Positions 58,362 through 64,000 of a DNA stretch of 64,000 nt are shown piece by piece (position 1 is the first letter of the stretch; every line of letters starts with the position of its first letter). Where the stretch lies: the IMG/VR virus record IMGVR_UViG_3300023174_000138, positions 1-64,000 of that record. One strand, given 5' to 3'. The position numbers and the translations under genes are program-made. This DNA is from a virus. The notes beneath the pieces were generated by a model. It was not told the origin of the DNA. It worked only from the letters and a program-made list of their open reading frames with translations, and did not search any database.

Positions 58362-58756
58362 GTAACGAACTAAAAGAAATGGCACCAGTTGCTGTCATTG
58401 CTAGAGTTGTTCCTGCTGCGACTGCAGTCTCTAGAGCAAATAATTTAGTCAATAGTCTAGCCGCTAAGTTAGCTAGTAAAACACAAAAGCCAGAAGCTAG
58501 TGAGCCTCACACCGATGAAGAGTGTTATGAAGATGAAACTGGTAATGTAAAAATGTGTAAAAAATGTGAAAAAGAATCCAGGAATCTTACAGGTAACTAC
58601 AATAAATATAATATGCAAGAACGTGTTAATTTAGTCAAGTTTTTAAAGCAATTAAATGAAAAAAATTATGCCGAGGCCCATAAATATTTAAAGAAAGTTA
58701 TGGAATCTAAACTCGTAAATCGTATTGCTAAAAACAAGAATGTGAGGTTGTTCTAA
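58358..58756 (+). CDS. Small prohead-region protein (gp67/68-like position), with nested 47-aa isoform from 58613
   Basis: Lies between the protease and scaffold genes; internal AATAAATA(58601-08)+ATG(58613) in frame. Confidence 0.6.
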   Translation: MSNELKEMAPVAVIARVVPAATAVSRANNLVNSLAAKLASKTQKPEASEPHTDEECYEDETGNVKMCKKCEKESRNLTGNYNKYNMQERVNLVKFLKQLNEKNYAEAHKYLKKVMESKLVNRIAKNKNVRLF

Positions 58757-58757
58757 T

Positions 58758-59633
58758 ATGGCTAAAGATATTAAAGCTATTCTAAAGGAAGCCACACAGG
58801 ATTTACTTTCTGAAGAAGTTCTAAAGGAAATTGAAGCTGCTTTTAATTCTGCTATTACAGAAAAAGTTCAGCTACATGTAACCAAGGCTTTAACCGAGCA
58901 AGATGAAGATTACAGTAAGAAGCTCGAGCATCTTCTCGGTGCTATCGATGCTGATCATACAACTAAGCTAGAAAAGGTTGTTGAGGCCATCGATCAAAAC
59001 CATTCCGAAAAATTAAAAGCGATCGTCAGTAAATACAGCGAGGCTTTGAGTAAAGAAGCTAAGACATTTAAGGATGCCACGATCAATAATATTAGTGCCT
59101 ATCTAGAAGCTTATCTAGATGAAACAATACCTGCGCAAGATATTAAAGATGCTGTTAAGAATCGCAAGGCTCTAGAAGTTCTAGACCAACTAAGATCAAT
59201 TTTGGGTGTTGATGCCGCCCTAGCGAAAGAAAGTGTTCGCAAAGCCATCGTTGATGGAAAGCGTCAAATACAAGAAGCTTCTGAGAAGCTTGAAGCCGCT
59301 AATAAAGAATTAGCTAAGTTAAGGACAGATCTAGCATCTAAGAATGCAGAACTTACCCTAGAGAAGAAGACAGTTGGTTTATCCGCTCGCAAGAAGGATT
59401 ATATCAATAAAGTAATGAAAAGCAAGAGTGCTCAATTTATTACAGAGAATATTGATTACGCCGTCAGTCTCTTCGATAAAACTGAAAAAGAGCGGCTTCA
59501 AAACATCAAAGAACAAGCAGTACAGGAATCTACGACAGCAACTGTCGATCGTCCTGTAGTTGAGGAAGAAGTAGAAGAGATTACTGAACAAGTAGTCATG
59601 AATCCTTACCTCAAAGAGCTTTCTAAGTACTAA
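58758..59633 (+). CDS. gp22: Prohead core scaffold protein (gp22)
   Basis: Coiled coil, LSEE....IE.AF..A, YL....E, C-terminal M..YL..L; directly before the MCP. Confidence 0.88.
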   Translation: MAKDIKAILKEATQDLLSEEVLKEIEAAFNSAITEKVQLHVTKALTEQDEDYSKKLEHLLGAIDADHTTKLEKVVEAIDQNHSEKLKAIVSKYSEALSKEAKTFKDATINNISAYLEAYLDETIPAQDIKDAVKNRKALEVLDQLRSILGVDAALAKESVRKAIVDGKRQIQEASEKLEAANKELAKLRTDLASKNAELTLEKKTVGLSARKKDYINKVMKSKSAQFITENIDYAVSLFDKTEKERLQNIKEQAVQESTTATVDRPVVEEEVEEITEQVVMNPYLKELSKY

Positions 59634-59709
59634 TTTTAAAGAGGCGTTGAGCCTGAATTAATATTATAGATATTTTATCTATAGGTCGAAAATTAAGGAG
59701 AACAAATAC

Positions 59710-61179
59710 ATGAAATCAATCAGACCTACACAGTCTTACATTGATGAGAGTCGTGCACAAGCGTTGCTCGAAAAGTGGAAACCAGTTCTAGATTATACCT
59801 CTGATAACGTTAAGGCTATCAATGACGATCATACTCGTTTAAATACTGCCATGCTCTTGGAAAACCAAGAAGCCTGGTGTGTTAACGAGGCGAACGTTGC
59901 TGGTGGTACTTCCAGCGTTTTCGGTGGCGTTAATGCCGGTGCCTACGGTGGCGTCGGTGGTAACGTTCCCGGGGGTGGATCTGACTGGTACGCTTCTGGC
60001 GATGCCCGTTTGCCTAAGATTCTCATCCCAATGATTCGTCGTACGTTCCCCGAGTTAATTACCAATGAAATTGTAGGTGTACAGCCTATGGGTGGCCCAG
60101 TTGGGCTAGCCTTTGCTCTACGCTACAAGTACGCTGCTACAGCTCTTGGCTATGATGCTCTCGGTAGAGGTCTAGACGCTTCCCTCGGAAGTGATCTAGG
60201 ATCCCCTCAAACCGCCGCTAATGGCAGGGAGCTTGGCTATCAATATCTCGATACCCGTTATACCGGTACATCCAGCGCCCGCCTTTCTGGCGGTAGTGGA
60301 GATGCCGCTTCTCTCTTCCCATTTGTGGATGCAGATAAGGGTGTTGCTCAACTTCTCAAAGAATTCGAATTGACGAGTAAAATCCCTCAAATCGAAGTTA
60401 GCTTTGAAAAGACAGCTGTTGAAGCCGGTACACGTAGATTAGCCGCTCGCTGGTCGGTTGAACTCGAACAGGATCTTAAGAACATGAACGGTATCGATAT
60501 CGACACTGAGCTCACCAACGCTATGTCGTATGAGCTACAGGCCGAAATCGACCGTGAAATGATTATTCGTATGATCCAAGTCTCACTCAACGCCGGTCTC
60601 GGTGCTGGGTACTCCGTATGGAGCCCCGCTTCCGCTGACGGTCGTTGGTTGGTAGAGCGCAATCGCGACTTCTATCAGAGACTAATTATCGAGGCCAATC
60701 GTATCGCAGTCCGTAATCGTCGTGGTGCTGCCAACTTTATCGTTGCCACACCTCGCGTTTGCGCGATCCTCGAGATGCTACCTGAGTTTCAATGGGTACC
60801 AGTCCAAGGCAATGTCAACACTCAACCTGTTGGCGTAGCTAAGGTTGGTAACCTTGGTGGCAGATTCAACGTTTATCGTGACACTCGTACAGAAGCCCAA
60901 TTTGAGGGTGGCTTACGTTCCGGTCAGAAGCGCGTTGAGTATGCTCTACTCGGGTACAAGGGTCCAGAGTTCTATGACACTGGTATCATCTACTGCCCTT
61001 ACATCCCTGTAATGGTACAGAGAACCATCGGTCCTAATGACTTCTCGCCCCGTGTTGGCTTGCTAACACGTTACGGCGTTGTTGACAATATCTTTGGTGC
61101 TAATCTCTATTATCACACAATCCTATTGTCCGGACTCGGCGAAGCGTTTACACCTGCTGGTGCTAACGTTTACTTCTAA
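59710..61179 (+). CDS. gp23: Major capsid protein (gp23)
   Basis: LLEKW.PVL, LLENQ, LIPMIRR.FP, VGVQPM.GP.GL.FALR, A.TR.L.A.W..ELEQDL, EIDRE, YCPYIP, F.P..G..TRYG; AAGGAG SD. Confidence 0.98.
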   Translation: MKSIRPTQSYIDESRAQALLEKWKPVLDYTSDNVKAINDDHTRLNTAMLLENQEAWCVNEANVAGGTSSVFGGVNAGAYGGVGGNVPGGGSDWYASGDARLPKILIPMIRRTFPELITNEIVGVQPMGGPVGLAFALRYKYAATALGYDALGRGLDASLGSDLGSPQTAANGRELGYQYLDTRYTGTSSARLSGGSGDAASLFPFVDADKGVAQLLKEFELTSKIPQIEVSFEKTAVEAGTRRLAARWSVELEQDLKNMNGIDIDTELTNAMSYELQAEIDREMIIRMIQVSLNAGLGAGYSVWSPASADGRWLVERNRDFYQRLIIEANRIAVRNRRGAANFIVATPRVCAILEMLPEFQWVPVQGNVNTQPVGVAKVGNLGGRFNVYRDTRTEAQFEGGLRSGQKRVEYALLGYKGPEFYDTGIIYCPYIPVMVQRTIGPNDFSPRVGLLTRYGVVDNIFGANLYYHTILLSGLGEAFTPAGANVYF

Positions 61180-61226
61180 GCGAATCTAAAAAGAAAACTT
61201 TCACCTGGTACGTCCCAGGATATTTT

Positions 61227-61259
61227 AAAAGAGGGGTCCTTGTGGCCCCTCTTTTTTTT
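61227..61259. terminator. Intrinsic terminator after the MCP, likely bidirectional
   Basis: AAAAGAGGGGTCC-TTGT-GGCCCCTCTTTTTTTT, located between convergent genes. Confidence 0.9.
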
Positions 61260-61287
61260 GTTTTAATGCATAAAAAATAATTAACTA

Positions 61288-63999
61288 TTAAATAAGCCAG
61301 CCTTCAATTAATATAGAAGCTGAAAGTGTTGTAACTCCTGTAGCTGCAGGAGCAACTAATCTCAAAGCAATAACATCACCTGCATTGGTAATAATGTTAT
61401 TTGTATTACCTGCAATATATGATCCATCTAGGATAGTGCCTGCTATGGAGGGTATATAGGCATTAGCTATACCGGTATTACTTTGAGTTGCGTCTACGAG
61501 CTTTAAAGTTGGCGCTACGGTTGTAGTTCCAGTTATGGCAGTAATATAACCTCCAAATGTTTTACAAATAAACCTTCGTCCCGCGGGTACAGTAAATAGA
61601 TTTGTATTTGTAGTTAGGGCACCAATTAAATTATAAGGCGAGTAGGAGATAGTAGTTAAAAGAGGATATGTTGTAAGTTGGTTTGCCGCAGCATTCCACC
61701 CAGCACTATTGGTATTTGTTGTTGTCCAGTCAGATGCCCAATCTTGACTACTCTTATGAGCATTAGTAGAAATTGTTCCGACTACAGTAAGTTTTTCATT
61801 AGGTGCTGTTGTGCCTATGCCAATATTACCTGCTGATGTTATAATGAATATAGTAGAAGCATTACTTCCGCTAGTAACAGTAAACAAGTTAGATGCACTT
61901 GTGCTAGAGGATGCTGTTGTAATGGTTAAGCTGCCTTGCACTGAAGAATCTTTATATGATTTAAATCCTTGACCAAATGCAGCACCTCCTGCCACATCAA
62001 GATCATTTCCTATGACAGCATTTCTTATAATATATGCAGTATCTGTTGATAGCCCTCCTGCTTGTAATTGCTGTATATATGCTCCACCTAAATCAAGAAC
62101 ATTTATTCTATTATTAGCTCTATCAGCTAAATAGGCATATCTACCTTGTATATCGAAATTACATGGCCAGGTAGAAGTGCCGCTATAGCTAGCTATGGAT
62201 GCAACTAACCTAGGAGAAGATGGATTAGATACATCTATTTTATGTAACCCAGCTAAATTAGAAAAATAAGCATAATTGCCTTGCAAAATAATGTTACTCA
62301 AATTTGTACTCCCTACAACAAAAGGTACAGGGATGTATGATGTAGTTGTACCGTTGTTTATTCCAAATTGATTATTAAAGTTCATGTAGAGGTACCTTCC
62401 TCTAACTATTGCACCATTTACTGCTCCTCCGGTAAAATAGAACATTTCAGCTGCAGGCTTACTTCTCGGATCAGATACATCCATTCTATATACCCCTGCA
62501 GTACCTGAGTACCCTCTAGCCCAGTACAAATATTTTCCTTGTATTGTTAATCCGTTACTGTTTCCATTAGTACTCGTTTGTGTTATAAATATTTTTTCAG
62601 GCGCATATGGATTACTAATATCATACGCAATAATATACCCATCAACCGATGAGTTGTTAGTTAGAATAAATGCGTAGCTTCCTTGCACAACAACATCAAA
62701 AGCGTTTTGTGTCGTCCCTATGGTAGAGGTGCTTAGCAATTTAAAACTTGAGGGATTCTGAATTTCAAATATTTGAAATACACTACTTGATCCGTTACTA
62801 GTAACCACATAAGCATATTTGCCATTAACATACAGACCTTGTGGGTTAGAAGCGGTTGAAATCTTACCGGTACTAATTGGCGTGGTTTGTGTCAAGTCAT
62901 AACTCATTAAAGACGCGTCACCGTAGTTTGTGACATACGCATAGTTACCTTGTATTTTAATATTAGATGTAGAAGAAGTGGCTGCAGCAGAAGCAGCAAA
63001 CTTCATAGTACCTCTCACATCCACTGGTGCTACAGGTGCATTGGTATAAAAACCAGCATAACCTGATACAGGTTCAACATACATGCCAGTCATAGCAGAT
63101 ATAGGTGTTGTAGAGGTTATGCTACTAGGATTAGGACCTGCATAAACACCACTTGCATAAGCAATGCCATTAGTGCTTAAAAAGCTTGTTACTGTAAAGC
63201 CGCCAAGACGAATATTATCTAACGTTTCATCAGCAATACGTCTGCCGGAGTATAATGCTCTATTAGTACCAGCATTTGCAAGAATTACAAATAAACCGTT
63301 ACCGTATGCTGCAGCTTTGTATGTCTCAGCTTCTGTTCCTGTTTTAACCACCCATGTAATACCATCAAAAGAATACATCCACTTTGAACCTGAACTAGTA
63401 AGTGAGGCTGCAACAAACACTCCATCGCCATAAGCAACACTTTGCCAATTGCCTCCAGAAACGGCTCTAGAAGTCCATGTGATACCATCAGGTGAAGTCA
63501 TTACACGACCACTTGTACCGGAACTTGCTACAGCGACAAATATTCCATTGCCATAAGTAATACTATTCCATTGCTCTGATGCTGCAGCAGTTCTAATTGT
63601 CCAGGTGACGCCATCTGGTGACGTCATGACACGGTTTATCGCAGAAGGAGTGCCTGCAGTATTTGACACAGCAACATACAAACCATTGCCATATGTAACT
63701 GAGTTCCAGCTAGTAGCAGCTACAGCTACTGAAGTCCAGGTTACACCATCTGGTGAGGTCATGACACGGCCATTGGCTACTGCCACAAACAAACCATTGC
63801 CATATGTAACACTGGTCCAGGCATATCCTTCAACAGTTCGCACAGTCCAGTTAATGCCATCTGGAGAAGTCATTAAGCGGTTGCTGCCAGCATTAGCAAC
63901 TGCTACAAACAAACCTCTGCCAAATGTCACGCTGGTCCAGTAATTTGTAGTAATAGAACCACTATTCAATACCCAGTTTATACCGTCTCGTGAATATGC
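61288..63999 (-). CDS. Tail fibre/adhesin-like protein with BNR-type and LVIVD propeller repeats (5'-partial)
   Basis: About 41-aa repeats W.SVTYGNG.FVAVA....RVMTSPDG.TW; LVIVD-like V.G.YAY repeats; GNIGIGTTAP.EKL.V.G. The frame stays open to the window edge (AYSRDGINWVL). Confidence 0.85.
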   Translation of the reverse strand, partial: AYSRDGINWVLNSGSITTNYWTSVTFGRGLFVAVANAGSNRLMTSPDGINWTVRTVEGYAWTSVTYGNGLFVAVANGRVMTSPDGVTWTSVAVAATSWNSVTYGNGLYVAVSNTAGTPSAINRVMTSPDGVTWTIRTAAASEQWNSITYGNGIFVAVASSGTSGRVMTSPDGITWTSRAVSGGNWQSVAYGDGVFVAASLTSSGSKWMYSFDGITWVVKTGTEAETYKAAAYGNGLFVILANAGTNRALYSGRRIADETLDNIRLGGFTVTSFLSTNGIAYASGVYAGPNPSSITSTTPISAMTGMYVEPVSGYAGFYTNAPVAPVDVRGTMKFAASAAATSSTSNIKIQGNYAYVTNYGDASLMSYDLTQTTPISTGKISTASNPQGLYVNGKYAYVVTSNGSSSVFQIFEIQNPSSFKLLSTSTIGTTQNAFDVVVQGSYAFILTNNSSVDGYIIAYDISNPYAPEKIFITQTSTNGNSNGLTIQGKYLYWARGYSGTAGVYRMDVSDPRSKPAAEMFYFTGGAVNGAIVRGRYLYMNFNNQFGINNGTTTSYIPVPFVVGSTNLSNIILQGNYAYFSNLAGLHKIDVSNPSSPRLVASIASYSGTSTWPCNFDIQGRYAYLADRANNRINVLDLGGAYIQQLQAGGLSTDTAYIIRNAVIGNDLDVAGGAAFGQGFKSYKDSSVQGSLTITTASSSTSASNLFTVTSGSNASTIFIITSAGNIGIGTTAPNEKLTVVGTISTNAHKSSQDWASDWTTTNTNSAGWNAAANQLTTYPLLTTISYSPYNLIGALTTNTNLFTVPAGRRFICKTFGGYITAITGTTTVAPTLKLVDATQSNTGIANAYIPSIAGTILDGSYIAGNTNNIITNAGDVIALRLVAPAATGVTTLSASILIEGWLI

Positions 64000-64000
64000 T

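Noticed and set aside
59710-61179. Higher GC and C-ending codons in gp23 as evidence of horizontal acquisition
   Set aside because: This is the expected codon optimisation of the most highly expressed phage gene; gp22 shows a milder version.
408-63943. Many short antisense or alternative-frame ORFs in the ORF track (e.g. 408-617, 2779-3096, 18657-19049, 19695-20060, 56967-57383, 63605-63943)
   Set aside because: They lie wholly within well-supported genes, lack promoter motifs and show no recognisable protein features, so they are shadow ORFs.
1-64000. tRNAs, CRISPR arrays, diversity-generating retroelement, stop-codon reassignment
   Set aside because: Intergenic gaps are under ~110 bp with no cloverleaf or spacer-repeat pattern; no reverse transcriptase is present; core genes are full length in the standard code and use TAA, TAG and TGA as stops.
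1-64000. Assignment of a specific host or phage genus
   Set aside because: No host-diagnostic genes (such as photosynthesis AMGs) are in the window; this cannot be supported without searches.

Overview
A 64-kb, AT-rich, very gene-dense segment of a T4-like myovirus (uncultured-type, distant from T4 itself). No bacterial housekeeping genes, tRNAs, CRISPR arrays or mobile elements are evident. Bases ~1-17,000 form a replication module: family B DNA polymerase, UvsX, helicase, probable helicase loader, SSB, sliding clamp and primase. It is interrupted by a nucleotide/sugar-modification set: a cytidylyltransferase, a divergent QueC lacking its Zn-cysteines fused operonically to a class II glutamine amidotransferase, a GT2-like glycosyltransferase and an NDP-sugar 3,5-epimerase/4-reductase. 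Bases ~17,000-64,000 are morphogenesis genes in a shuffled order: gp14, gp17, gp3, sheath, tube, hub/wedge genes, gp16, a dUTPase+gp44 island, a run of large adhesin-like baseplate proteins, gp13, gp4, gp21, gp22, gp23 and a partial propeller-repeat fibre. The most notable observations are (1) the atypical QueC/GATase/cytidylyltransferase cassette, (2) apparently leaderless gene expression, with both sigma70-type and T4-late-type (ATAAATA) promoters 4-10 nt before start codons, including in-frame promoters nested inside ORFs, (3) a dispersed family of late, mostly antisense genes with a shared N-terminal F/L..L/Y-x-E motif, which are candidate capsid-targeted internal proteins, and (4) strong L-S-[A/G] enrichment in virion proteins, a possible glycosylation sequon. 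All product calls come from motif recognition and synteny by eye; no searches were run.
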